DNA from: an uncultured Verrucomicrobiae bacterium
GTDB taxonomy: Bacteria > Verrucomicrobiota > Verrucomicrobiia > Limisphaerales > Palsa-1400
NCBI GenBank assembly: GCA_963702845.1
Contig: OY969763.1
Span: 5,888,001 to 5,952,000, forward strand
Direction of reading: 5' to 3'
Length of the DNA: 64,000 bases
Shown here: piece after piece, positions 30,314 through 39,828 of the stretch
How positions within the stretch are numbered: position 1 is the first letter of the stretch
Layout of the letters: each line of letters begins with the position of its first letter
Translations under genes and position numbers: made by a program
The notes under the pieces: model-generated
The model's input: the letters and a program-made list of their open reading frames with translations, nothing else
Databases searched by the model: none
Told to the model about the DNA's origin: nothing

Positions 30314-31696
30314 ATGAAAACTCTCTACCTCGACATCTTCAGCGGCATCAGTGGCGATATGTTCATCGGTGCGATGCTCGATCTCGGCGTTGATTTTCAC
30401 CAATTCGAGCACGAACTTGAAAAGCTGCATCTCAACGGCTACCACTTGCACACCAAACGCGCCAAACGTTTTCAGATTGAAGGAACCAAGTTCGACGTTC
30501 ATCTCGAACACGACAACGGCCATTCACACGGACACAGTCACGAACACGAGCACGGCCATTCCCATTCGCACGAACATCATCACGACGACGATCCGCCGCA
30601 TGAACATGAGCATGGTCATCACGGCCACGGCCATCAGCACGAAGACCATGACGTTCACGAACATGCTCACGAACTCGAGCACGCACATAGCCACTCGCAC
30701 GACGACCAGCGAACCTTTACCGAAATCAAAGAACTGATCACGAAGAGCAAGTTGTCCGATTGGGTGAAACAAAAGTCGCTCGCCGTTTTCCAACGCATCG
30801 CCGTCGCCGAAGGCAAAATCCACGGCATGCCCGTCGACAAAGTTCATTTTCACGAAGTTGGCGCGGTCGATTCCATCGTCGACATCGTCGGCGCATGCAT
30901 CGCCTTGGAGATGCTTGGCAAACCACGCATCCTCGCCAGTCCCGTCGTCGACGGCTCCGGCTGGATCGATTGCGCCCATGGCCGCTTCCCCATTCCCGCT
31001 CCCGCGACGCTCGAAATCCTGTCCGCACGCGGCGTCGCCATCACCCAAACCGACGAACCAAACGAACTCGTCACCCCGACCGGCGCAGCGCTCCTGGCCG
31101 AATTCGTCGAACACTTTGGCCCGATGCAAAATTTCAAACCGCAGAAGATCGGCTTCGGCGTCGGCGGCCGCGATAACAAGACCCGCCCGAACGTCGTCCG
31201 CGCCATGCTCGGCGAACAAACGGCAGCCTCATCCGCACACGATTGGGAAACCGACACGATCGCCGTTCTCGAAACCAATCTCGACGACATCACCGCCGAA
31301 ATTCTCGGACAGTTCGTAGAAAAAGCTTTAGCCGACGGCGCCCTCGACATTTTCCACACGCCGATCCAGATGAAGAAAAACCGTCCCGGCGTTTTACTCA
31401 GCATCCTCTGCGCCTTCACGGACGCAGATAAATTCAGCGAACTCATCCTGCGCGAGACCACAGCTTTCGGCGTCCGTCGCACCATCTGCGAGCGCCGCAA
31501 ACTTCACCGTGAATTTGCAACTGTCAAAACAAGTTACGGCGAAGTCCAAATCAAACTCGGCAAACTCGACGGCAATGTCATTCAAGCCAGTCCAGAGTTC
31601 GAGTCCTGTCGCAAACTTGCTGAGTTGAAGCGGGTCCCTCTAAAGGCTGTTTACGATGTGGCGATGCAAAGTTGTGCCTCGTTGCGCGCCGAGTGA
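30314..31696 (+). CDS. larC: Nickel-pincer cofactor nickel-insertion protein LarC with a His-rich insert
   Basis: SGISGDMFIGA, VHFHEVGAVDSIVDI, ELVTPTGAA, LETNLDD and MKKNRPG. Confidence 0.95.
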   Translation: MKTLYLDIFSGISGDMFIGAMLDLGVDFHQFEHELEKLHLNGYHLHTKRAKRFQIEGTKFDVHLEHDNGHSHGHSHEHEHGHSHSHEHHHDDDPPHEHEHGHHGHGHQHEDHDVHEHAHELEHAHSHSHDDQRTFTEIKELITKSKLSDWVKQKSLAVFQRIAVAEGKIHGMPVDKVHFHEVGAVDSIVDIVGACIALEMLGKPRILASPVVDGSGWIDCAHGRFPIPAPATLEILSARGVAITQTDEPNELVTPTGAALLAEFVEHFGPMQNFKPQKIGFGVGGRDNKTRPNVVRAMLGEQTAASSAHDWETDTIAVLETNLDDITAEILGQFVEKALADGALDIFHTPIQMKKNRPGVLLSILCAFTDADKFSELILRETTAFGVRRTICERRKLHREFATVKTSYGEVQIKLGKLDGNVIQASPEFESCRKLAELKRVPLKAVYDVAMQSCASLRAE

Positions 31697-31706
31697 AAGA
31701 ATTCAG

Positions 31707-32924
31707 CTACTTTGATCGCGTAGCCTTTGATTTCGCGGAAATCCGGCGGTCCAATCCTGACTGCAAATTCTCCAATCCCTTCTTCATTTCTTCGCGCAGG
31801 CCGCGTAGCGGTTGCAGTTCGGCGCCTACAACGATGCCGAGGACAGATTCGCCTTTGGCGAGGGTGTTCAGGGAATTCGTCAGGAACAGTGGCGCTTCAG
31901 GATTCTCCTCACTTTCTTTTCGTAAAATCCGGGTGAACTTTGCCGTCAGAATGTAGCGACCAAAGACACGGAATGATCCGGCGCGGAAATGGTGCGCAGA
32001 CAAAGGGTTTTCCTCAAGTGCATCGATAACATGCGCACTCCCGATTTGTGCCGACGCGGAAGCATTTTCTTTTGTGTGCGCGACCCCGTGCAGCGGAGCG
32101 ATTTCGCGCCGGGCAACGTTTTGTATCGCAACGATCTGTTTCTGCTCGCGTTCGTAAGCTTCGATCATGCGGTTTACACACCATTCCTGCGTGAACTCGT
32201 CCGGGAAAATAGTGACGAACGGTTCGTCCGCTTCCTCAACCCTCAAATGGTCGGCACCCGCGAGAACGGCGCCTCCGGGGCCGGAGGGTTTCGGCGGCTG
32301 TACAAGAAAATCGACACGCAATTGTTTGTCGTGAATCAATCGCCTGGTTGCTGCCCACGCAGCTGTCGATTTAATGATCGTGTCCTGACCCTGCGAGATG
32401 ACGACCACGAGGCGTTTGATTCTCGCAAATGCCGCCTCAATGATAGCGTGCCGCAGAAGTTCGGCAGTGAACTCAGGTGAGAGCAATTGCCGCTGCCAAC
32501 CTGCCATTGGAATGATGGCTGCCCGAACATGCACGCGACTGCGGTCCTCCCAGTTTTTCATTTGGAAGTCCAACGCTTCCCACAGTAATCGACGGCGCGT
32601 GCTCAAAATGGTTGGGTCGTCGCCGATCTTGTGCAGTTTCTGCAAGATCAACGTGCCTAGTTCATCTTCGGTGACGTGGGTTTCGAGGAAGCCCGCCGCC
32701 CTTGCAAGTTCCCGCCGATCGTTGGCATCAAAATCAACAACGAGACGCAGGATGCGGTTCAGCGTTGCTCTGGTGATCTTTTTGGCGTTGAACATCTGGC
32801 TGATCAGTCCCTTGGACAAACCAGTCAGTTCGACCAACCGCGTGTTGCTTAAATTGTGGCTCTCGCAGAGTCGCTTGAGCTTCGTGACGACTTGCTCTTG
32901 TTTGGGGCGTTCGATTTGCGGCAT
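31707..32924 (-). CDS. XRE/Cro-type HTH protein fused to a degenerate GalU-like nucleotidyltransferase domain
   Basis: N-terminal LSNTRLVELTGLSKGLISQMFN (HTH). C-terminal VRAAIIPMAG, VQPPKPSGPGGAVL, EPFVTIFPD and GRYIL match GalU/RmlA motifs in order. Confidence 0.75.
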   Translation of the reverse strand: MPQIERPKQEQVVTKLKRLCESHNLSNTRLVELTGLSKGLISQMFNAKKITRATLNRILRLVVDFDANDRRELARAAGFLETHVTEDELGTLILQKLHKIGDDPTILSTRRRLLWEALDFQMKNWEDRSRVHVRAAIIPMAGWQRQLLSPEFTAELLRHAIIEAAFARIKRLVVVISQGQDTIIKSTAAWAATRRLIHDKQLRVDFLVQPPKPSGPGGAVLAGADHLRVEEADEPFVTIFPDEFTQEWCVNRMIEAYEREQKQIVAIQNVARREIAPLHGVAHTKENASASAQIGSAHVIDALEENPLSAHHFRAGSFRVFGRYILTAKFTRILRKESEENPEAPLFLTNSLNTLAKGESVLGIVVGAELQPLRGLREEMKKGLENLQSGLDRRISAKSKATRSK

Positions 32925-32941
32925 AAGCGTCTTCTAGATTC

Positions 32942-33011
32942 AGTTTACAAAACGTGTTTTGTGAACTATTTGCTGTTCACATTTAAGTTTACGTTTCTCG
33001 ATTTGTGAACC
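32942..33011. promoter_or_regulatory. Candidate operator array: two GTTTAC-N12-GTGAAC boxes plus an internal GTTCAC half-site
   Basis: AGTTTACAAAACGTGTTTTGTGAACT (32942-32967) and AGTTTACGTTTCTCGATTTGTGAACC (32986-33011), between the divergent HTH gene and a small Cys-rich gene. Confidence 0.7.
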
Positions 33012-33169
33012 TTACCAAAGACCGCATTGCAAGCCAAGTGACCGTTTGCGGAGAGCGCCTGATCGCCTATCTTAACTGCAGTTCGCCTGATATGGATTTG
33101 GTCATCGATAGACAACCATTGAAATGACGAGCCAATGTGGAGACACGCCGAAACATTACAATAGGAATC

Positions 33170-33391
33170 ATGAACGTCCTGACTGAAAATTCTACAATGC
33201 GCAATGTGCTCTGCGCATATCCGCGATGCGAAAATCCGTTTAAAACGATTGAAGTTCCGGAATTGTTGTTCCAAGGCGACAAAATCAGTCCTGAACACCG
33301 CAATATGTTCCACGGCAGCTTCTATGCGACTGCCTGGGGCGAAGTGGTGTGCTGCTACGATTGTTATCGCGAAATAACTTTGTTCCGATAA
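33170..33391 (+). CDS. Small hypothetical protein with a putative zinc-binding Cys pattern
   Basis: TAGGA RBS-like sequence before ATG 33170; C-x4-C (CAYPRC) and CC-x2-C (CCYDC); followed by an intrinsic terminator. Confidence 0.55.
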   Translation: MNVLTENSTMRNVLCAYPRCENPFKTIEVPELLFQGDKISPEHRNMFHGSFYATAWGEVVCCYDCYREITLFR

Positions 33392-33463
33392 GGAACGATT
33401 TGGTGCCCAGCGCCGTGCAAACGGTGACCACTGGGAGCGACTAGCCAACGCTCCTTCCCTATT

Positions 33464-33492
33464 GCGCCGCGGTGACCCCGCGGCGCTTTTTT
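33464..33492 (+). terminator. Rho-independent terminator
   Basis: GCGCCGCGG-TGACC-CCGCGGCGC followed by TTTTTT. Confidence 0.85.
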
Positions 33493-33605
33493 AATCACCT
33501 CGTGTCTTGGTTTCCTGCTGGCGTCATTTTGATGAACTGAGAATGCAACATTTGCCCATTGCGATTAACCGGCAATGCGCGTTGGGTACTCTTAAGGAGG
33601 ACTGC

Positions 33606-34052
33606 ATGAGCATGACTGGATTACCCGTTTTCGATACGACCGTACACAAGACAATGGAATGGCTGCACGACATTGATGAGGAACTCGGTTGGGAATCGCG
33701 CCATAGAGCCTATCAGGGATTGCGCGGCGTGTTGCACACGCTACGAGACCATTTGCCCACGAATGAAACGGCGCAATTCGCATCCCAGATGCCGATGTTG
33801 ATACGCGGTCTCTTCTTCGAGGGCTGGCACCCGGCTGGCAAACCGATCAAAGATCATTCTGCCGAGAAGTTTCTGATCGATGTCGCTGGTCACTTCCCAA
33901 AAGAGGACGTAAATCCGGAAGAGGTGGTGCGGGCTGTGTTCGCGGTAATGGCCATTCACATGCCTGGCGGCGAAATTGAAGCCATCATCCAGGTCCTGCC
34001 GAAACAAATCCGTGAATTTTGGCTCGAGCGCGCCGCCTGGGCCACCGGCTAA
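33606..34052 (+). CDS. DUF2267 family protein
   Basis: [31 protein letters not shown]...[12 protein letters not shown]...[16 protein letters not shown]. Confidence 0.88.
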   Translation: MSMTGLPVFDTTVHKTMEWLHDIDEELGWESRHRAYQGLRGVLHTLRDHLPTNETAQFASQMPMLIRGLFFEGWHPAGKPIKDHSAEKFLIDVAGHFPKEDVNPEEVVRAVFAVMAIHMPGGEIEAIIQVLPKQIREFWLERAAWATG

Positions 34053-35002
34053 CCAGAACCAATCAACCAACCCGCAATAAACACGAGCACACCACCAACG
34101 ACCACTTGGAAAATTGCCGCGAGCAGCGGCGTGTCCATGTAGCGTTTGCGAATCCACGCGATGATGCCGAGTTCGGCGATGACCACCGCGATAGCAATCG
34201 TTGTCGCAAAACGGAAATCGTTCGCCAAAAACGGGAGCGTGTGACCGAGGCCACCCAGCATCGTCATGAAACCGCAGACCAGACCGCGAATCCATGGAAC
34301 GCCGCGACCACTGATTTTCCCATCATCAGAAAGTGCTTCGGCAAAACCCATGCTGATGCCGGCACCGACCGAGGCCGCGAGACCGACTTTGAAAGTATCC
34401 GCGGTATTGTGCGTGGCAAACGCGGCGGCAAACAGCGGCGCGAGTGTCGAGACCGAACCATCCATTAGGCCAGCCAGACCCGGTTGCACGAAACGCAAGA
34501 CAAACAGCCGTCGCGCCATGGCATGTTCTTCGTGTGCCGCGCCCGCTGCGTCCTGCTCGGTCTTGATGGTTTCAGCCGTGTTTTCGTGCCGTTGTTCCTC
34601 CTGGGCAAGATCGCCGAGCAATTGCCGAATCCCGGCGTCCGTGGTCCGTTGCGCAGCAGACTCATAGAACCGTCGCGCTTCCATTTCCATCAAAGCGGTT
34701 TGTTCGCGCGCGTTTTCCGGTCGAACAGTGCGGGTAAACCACGACGGGCGTCGCACCGTAAAACCTTTCACATCCTGACGGCGGATGAGCGGGATGTGAT
34801 TGCCGAACCGTTGACTGTAGGTATCAATCAGCCGGCTGCGATGGCGATCCTCTTCCTCGGCCATCTTGGTGAACATTTCGGCGCTGGCGGGAAAATCTTT
34901 TCGAAACTGTTCGGCGAAATCGCGATAAATTCGCGCATCTTCCTCTTCAGCGGCAATCGCGACCGCGAGAATCTGGGCTTCGGTCAGGTCGCGAAAATGC
35001 AT
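34049..35002 (-). CDS. mbfA: Membrane-bound ferritin/iron exporter MbfA (rubrerythrin-like plus VIT1/CCC1 domain)
   Basis: [11 protein letters not shown]...MAEEEDRH ferritin-like motifs; [23 protein letters not shown] and [16 protein letters not shown]. Confidence 0.92.
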   Translation of the reverse strand: MHFRDLTEAQILAVAIAAEEEDARIYRDFAEQFRKDFPASAEMFTKMAEEEDRHRSRLIDTYSQRFGNHIPLIRRQDVKGFTVRRPSWFTRTVRPENAREQTALMEMEARRFYESAAQRTTDAGIRQLLGDLAQEEQRHENTAETIKTEQDAAGAAHEEHAMARRLFVLRFVQPGLAGLMDGSVSTLAPLFAAAFATHNTADTFKVGLAASVGAGISMGFAEALSDDGKISGRGVPWIRGLVCGFMTMLGGLGHTLPFLANDFRFATTIAIAVVIAELGIIAWIRKRYMDTPLLAAIFQVVVGGVLVFIAGWLIGSG

Positions 35003-35041
35003 GCGGTAGGTTTTGCCTTAGATTGGTGGAAATGCAAACCG

Positions 35042-36067
35042 CTAATCAGTGCTGTTCTCTCGCACCATCGTCGCGAGCGCGTCGAGCCAAAGCGGATTTT
35101 CGTTCATGCACGGGATCTGTTCGAGTTCGCCACCACCGGCGGCGTGAAAGCTCTCGCGTCCACGAATGCCAATTTCTTCGATCGTTTCCAGACAGTCCGA
35201 GACGAACGCTGGGCAGATCACCAAAAGTTTTTTAAGACCGACTTTGCCGAAGTCTTCGATGATAAAATCGGTGTAGGGTTTGAGCCATGGATCACGTCCA
35301 AGTCTCGATTGGAACGACACGGTGTATTTATTTGCGGGTATGCCGGCTTTTTGCACGAATGCGGCGACGGTCTTGAAACATTGCGCGCGATAGCAAGTCT
35401 CGTGCGCCTTACTTGGCCGACTACAGCAATCGGCAGTGGCCAAACAGTGCGAACCGGTCGGGTCGGATTTGCGCAAGTGGCGTTCGGGAATGCCGTGAAA
35501 ACTGAAGAGCAAATGATCGTAGCCTTTGTCGAGGTAGGGCTTCGAAACGCCGACAAGCGCGTTGATGAACTGCGGATGATCGTAATACGGTTTGATCACT
35601 TGTAGGCGAATGTCCGGCGCGATCTTTGACATGAGTTCCTGCACGCGCACCACGGCGGTTTCGTAGCTGGACATCGCATAATGCGGAAAAAGCGGGATGA
35701 GCAGAACGTCCGTCGCCTTGTTTTTCTTCAATTTGTGGACGGCGCTTTCGATCGAGGGATTTTGATAGCGCATCGCCAACTCGACGGGAACGTCTAGGCG
35801 TGATTCAAGTTCTGCACGGACGTTTTTACTCGTGACCACGAGCGGCGAACCTTCCTTCGTCCAGATAGCACGATAAGCTTCGGCGGATTGAGCCGGCCGT
35901 TTTGGCAAAATGGCAAAGTTAACAATGCACCAACGGATCGGAAACGGTGCGTCCAGCACTCGTCCGTCCATGAGAAACTCGCGCAAATATTTGCGAACAT
36001 CGGGCACCGAAGTGGAATCCGGTGATCCGAGGTTGACGAGTAGAACGGCGCGTTTTTTATCGGACAT
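35042..36067 (-). CDS. hemH: Ferrochelatase
   Basis: LLVNLGSPD, LFSFHGIP, FQSRLG..PWLKPYT and FVSDCLETIEEI. Confidence 0.96.
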   Translation of the reverse strand: MSDKKRAVLLVNLGSPDSTSVPDVRKYLREFLMDGRVLDAPFPIRWCIVNFAILPKRPAQSAEAYRAIWTKEGSPLVVTSKNVRAELESRLDVPVELAMRYQNPSIESAVHKLKKNKATDVLLIPLFPHYAMSSYETAVVRVQELMSKIAPDIRLQVIKPYYDHPQFINALVGVSKPYLDKGYDHLLFSFHGIPERHLRKSDPTGSHCLATADCCSRPSKAHETCYRAQCFKTVAAFVQKAGIPANKYTVSFQSRLGRDPWLKPYTDFIIEDFGKVGLKKLLVICPAFVSDCLETIEEIGIRGRESFHAAGGGELEQIPCMNENPLWLDALATMVRENSTD

Positions 36068-37430
36068 ACTTGGAAATTTTCTCGGCGACACGGTGCCCCG
36101 AAACAATCGAATCGCCCAGCGAAATTCCGTCGCGAGCGTGGCCCGCAAAGAAAAGTCCGGGGGCGTTGTTCTCGATGTCAGTCATCCGATCTTTGAATCG
36201 GCCATAACCGATTTCGTATTGAGGAATGGCCTTTTGAAAGACCTGGATGTGGTTAAATACCGGCTGACCGTTAATGCCCAGAATCGTTTTCAAATCGTTC
36301 ACGCACAGCGCGACGAGTTGATCGTGCGGTAACAGCGCGAGATCAGGATTGCGCGCGCCACCAATGTAACAGGTGAGCGTCACGCTGCCGTCAGGAGCGC
36401 GATTTGGGAACAACGACGACGAAAAGAGACAGCCAAGAATGCCGAAATTTTCCTTTTGCGGAATGAGCATCCCAAATCCGTCGAGTGGATGAACGACATC
36501 CTCACGATGGAAACCGAGAACAACGCTTGCCACCGGCGGATAGTAAACTTGTTCGAGCAGCTTCAGATCAGCGGGCTTGCGGGTTTTGAGGTTAACGTTC
36601 GCAAGCTTGTGCGCCGGTAAAGCCAAAACAACATTGTTGTGCTCGCACACAACATCTTTTCCGTCCTGTTGTGCCGTCACATTCCAACCGTCACGGCCCT
36701 CCGAAACTTTGTAAACTGGCGTGTGAAGATTCAAGTCCGTGCCGAGACGTTGCTGCAGCGCGTCGATCAGATCTTGGAGACCGTTCTCAAACGAAAACGG
36801 CTTCGCGTCCTGCTTCGAGGTTTCCCCGCGTTTCTTGCGTTCGCGTGCGCCGAGAAATTGGCCGAGCAATAGCGAGCCGTATTTCTGTTCGAGTGCGTGC
36901 AGTTTCGGAAACGCATGCTTGACCGACAACTTCGCCGGATTACCCGCGTAGATCCCGCCGACAAGCGGGTTGATGGCGTAATCCAAAAAGTCGCGTCCCA
37001 GGCGGCGCAGGACGAAGTTCTCCAACGGTTCTTCTTTGTCCGCCGGGCAACGAAACATGAGCGGCTCAACAAGCAAACGCAACTTTGCACCCATTGAAAA
37101 CAATGGTGTGGTGAAAAATTTGCCAGGTGACGTCGGCATTGCCACCGGCGTTTTCCGACGCACGACAAAGCGCTTGGCCGCTTCGGGATTCGCGTTGACG
37201 CGTCGATTTTGCAAACCGAGATCCTGAATCAAACTGGTAATCAGCGGCGAAGTTTCGAGAATGCTGTTGGGACCGAACTCCGCGAGGAATCCGTTCTTGC
37301 GCACTGACTGGATCACCCCACCAACGCGCGATCCACCTTCATAAACTGTAACCGGTACGCCCAATCCCTTGAGCCGAACCGCGGCCGTCAAACCCGTGAT
37401 GCCCCCGCCGATAATTGCCACTGACTTCAT
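36057..37430 (-). CDS. hemY: HemY-type flavoprotein protoporphyrinogen oxidase
   Basis: IIGGGITGL FAD motif, GFLAEFGPNS, GIYAG and AIPQY. Confidence 0.93.
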   Translation of the reverse strand: MKSVAIIGGGITGLTAAVRLKGLGVPVTVYEGGSRVGGVIQSVRKNGFLAEFGPNSILETSPLITSLIQDLGLQNRRVNANPEAAKRFVVRRKTPVAMPTSPGKFFTTPLFSMGAKLRLLVEPLMFRCPADKEEPLENFVLRRLGRDFLDYAINPLVGGIYAGNPAKLSVKHAFPKLHALEQKYGSLLLGQFLGARERKKRGETSKQDAKPFSFENGLQDLIDALQQRLGTDLNLHTPVYKVSEGRDGWNVTAQQDGKDVVCEHNNVVLALPAHKLANVNLKTRKPADLKLLEQVYYPPVASVVLGFHREDVVHPLDGFGMLIPQKENFGILGCLFSSSLFPNRAPDGSVTLTCYIGGARNPDLALLPHDQLVALCVNDLKTILGINGQPVFNHIQVFQKAIPQYEIGYGRFKDRMTDIENNAPGLFFAGHARDGISLGDSIVSGHRVAEKISKYVR

Positions 37431-38806
37431 ATCGTTCGCGAAAATCGTCGTTGGCCCTCAGCCGGTAAGTAAGCATCGAACTTCATCGCGATGTTCCGGA
37501 TCATCAGCCGGCCGGTGTCGGTGACTTTCACTTCGTTGTCGTTCAACGTGACGAGGCCGTCTGCTTGCATGTCCCCGTAATAGCCGAGTTCCTTGGCGAA
37601 ATATTCTTTGAAATTGATGCCGAGCGTTTTCGACATTGCCGCGTAGTCGAGACCGAGGTCGCACATCAGGCGCATGATCGTCCAGCGGCGAATCTTGTCG
37701 TCGTCGGTCATGACGTAACCGCGCGTAAAAGGGACGCGCCCTTCATCAACAGCAGAGTAGTAGTTCGGCAGCTCTTTCTCATTTTGCCAATAAACGCCTT
37801 CGGCCTGCGAAATCGCAGACATGCCGAATGCATAAATGTCAGCGCCGCCCTTCGTGCTGTAGCCCTGGAAATTGCGTTGCAGCGTTTTATTCTTTTGCGC
37901 GATGGAAAGTTCGTCAGTCGGCTTCGCAAAATGATCCATGCCGATGTAATCGTAGCGGCCATTCGCGGTCAGTTTTTCGATGACGAGCTTGAGGATGTCG
38001 AGCTTGGTCTCAGCGGCGGGAAGGGCGGCTTCTTTCTCGAGAATCTTTTGCGCGGGCTTCAACCATGGGACGTGTGCGTAACTGAAAATCGCGAGACGAT
38101 CCGGTGACAATTCCAGCATCTGATTCAAAGTGTCTTCAAAAGTCGCGGGAGTTTGATAAGGCAGCCCATAGATCAGGTCGACATTGAGCGATTGGAATCC
38201 AGCTTCGCGAATCCAATCAATGGCTTGTTCGACCTGTGCGCGTGGTTGTATGCGGTGAACGGCTTCCTGCACTTTTGCGTTGAAATCCTGCACGCCGAGT
38301 GACGCGCGGTTGAAGCCGATTTCGCGCAACGCGACGATGTGGTCTCTGGTAATCCGCCGAGGATCGATTTCGACACCGGCCTCGAAGTCATCAGCAAACG
38401 TGAACCGCTTGTGGATCATTTCGCCGAGACGGCGAAGTTCGTTCGGGCGTTGAAATGTCGGAGTGCCGCCGCCGAAGTGCAGTTGGATGACTTTGCGCTT
38501 CGGGTTCAACAGCGCGCGCATTTTGTCCATCTCGCGTTCGAGATGATCAAGATAGTCGCCGCTTTGCTCGTGCTTCGTCGTGATCACTGTTGTGCAACCG
38601 CAAAACCAACAAAGCGATTCACAGAATGGCAGATGGAAGTACAGCGAGATGTCGCGATTCGGGTCCTGTGCCTCGACGATTTCCTGTTCGAGCGTGTCCC
38701 ACTTCACGCTATCGGTGAATTGCGTCGCCGGCGGATACGACGTGTAGCGCGGGCCGGCCACGTTGTACTTTTTGACGAGATCGAGATTAACTGAGAGAGC
38801 GCTCAT
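37427..38806 (-). CDS. hemN: Oxygen-independent coproporphyrinogen III dehydrogenase (radical SAM)
   Basis: GPRYTSYPPA, CESLCWFCGC, HFGGGTP and LQRNFQGYST. Confidence 0.96.
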   Translation of the reverse strand: MSALSVNLDLVKKYNVAGPRYTSYPPATQFTDSVKWDTLEQEIVEAQDPNRDISLYFHLPFCESLCWFCGCTTVITTKHEQSGDYLDHLEREMDKMRALLNPKRKVIQLHFGGGTPTFQRPNELRRLGEMIHKRFTFADDFEAGVEIDPRRITRDHIVALREIGFNRASLGVQDFNAKVQEAVHRIQPRAQVEQAIDWIREAGFQSLNVDLIYGLPYQTPATFEDTLNQMLELSPDRLAIFSYAHVPWLKPAQKILEKEAALPAAETKLDILKLVIEKLTANGRYDYIGMDHFAKPTDELSIAQKNKTLQRNFQGYSTKGGADIYAFGMSAISQAEGVYWQNEKELPNYYSAVDEGRVPFTRGYVMTDDDKIRRWTIMRLMCDLGLDYAAMSKTLGINFKEYFAKELGYYGDMQADGLVTLNDNEVKVTDTGRLMIRNIAMKFDAYLPAEGQRRFSRTI

Positions 38807-39828
38807 GCGAAATTTTGCACCGTGGCAACAAGGGTTTCGAGATTCTCCATTTTGGCATCCGGCGGTACGCCGTGGCCGAGATTGAAAATGTAGCCGTCGC
38901 GGGCACGCATCGACCCGAGCAACCTGGTTGCCTCGGCTTCGATTTGTTTCGGTGTCGCTGTCACGAGCAGTTCCGGATCAAAGTTGCCTTGAACGGTAAT
39001 ATTTGGCAGCTGCTGCGCGGCGTCGCGCAGGTTGAATTCATGCCCAACACCAACGCCTTCAGAGCCAATGTTTCGCAACGTCAGCCAATCGTGACAGCCC
39101 TTCGCGAATACGATGGAGGGCGCGGCGTGGTTCAGCGCTTTAACGATCTTACGCATCCATTGCCCAGACGCCGCTTCGAATTCTTCGGTCGGTAGATTGC
39201 CGCCAAGGGTGTCGAAGATCTGCACGGCATCAGCGCCGTTCTCAATTTGGAATTTCAAAAAATCAGCCACAGCATTGCTCAACTTATCCAGCAGCAAATC
39301 GAACAGTTCGCGATCGTTCTTGAACAGCTCGTAGGCTTTTCCGAACGACTTCGAACTGCCGCCTTCCAACATAAAATTGGCCAGCGTCCACGGCGAACCG
39401 GCGAAGCCAATTAACGCATTCTGGCCCCGCAGTTCTTTGCGGATGGATTGCAGCGCGCGGCCAACATAGCTCAGTTTTTCCCTTAGTCCACTGGCGTCGA
39501 GTTTCTCGATTTCAGCGCGATTGGTAAGGCGAAAGTCCATGTGCACGCCGCCGGTATCACGAAAACTAAAGGCCTGGCCCATCGCTTCGGGAATGACGAG
39601 GATGTCACAAAATAGAATCGCGGCATCCATTTTGAAGCGGCGAATCGGCTGCAGCGTGACTTCGGTCGCCAATTCGGGATTCGTGATGAGGTCGTGGAAA
39701 GTGTATTTTTCCTTGAGAGCGCGATACTCAGGCAAACAACGGCCGGCCTGGCGCATAAACCAGAATGGTGGAGGGTCTACCGGCTTACGGTTCAACGCAT
39801 TAAGAAAACGGGTTCTCGAGTCAGGCAT
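38803..39828 (-). CDS. hemE: Uroporphyrinogen decarboxylase
   Basis: PFWFMRQAGRCLPEY, IGFAGSPWT and IFNLGHG. Start probably ATG 39828; the ORF is open to 39981. Confidence 0.95.
   Translation of the reverse strand: MPDSRTRFLNALNRKPVDPPPFWFMRQAGRCLPEYRALKEKYTFHDLITNPELATEVTLQPIRRFKMDAAILFCDILVIPEAMGQAFSFRDTGGVHMDFRLTNRAEIEKLDASGLREKLSYVGRALQSIRKELRGQNALIGFAGSPWTLANFMLEGGSSKSFGKAYELFKNDRELFDLLLDKLSNAVADFLKFQIENGADAVQIFDTLGGNLPTEEFEAASGQWMRKIVKALNHAAPSIVFAKGCHDWLTLRNIGSEGVGVGHEFNLRDAAQQLPNITVQGNFDPELLVTATPKQIEAEATRLLGSMRARDGYIFNLGHGVPPDAKMENLETLVATVQNFA

Noticed and set aside
30500..30705. Very His-rich low-complexity tract
   Set aside because: His-rich inserts are a known feature of LarC nickel-insertion proteins.
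31707..33492. Prophage or integrative element around the HTH gene
   Set aside because: No integrase, att-like repeats, tRNA target or phage structural genes are visible; only a two-gene module is supported.
34484..35605. 373-aa plus-strand ORF
   Set aside because: Antisense to the well-supported mbfA and hemH genes, with no motifs of its own.
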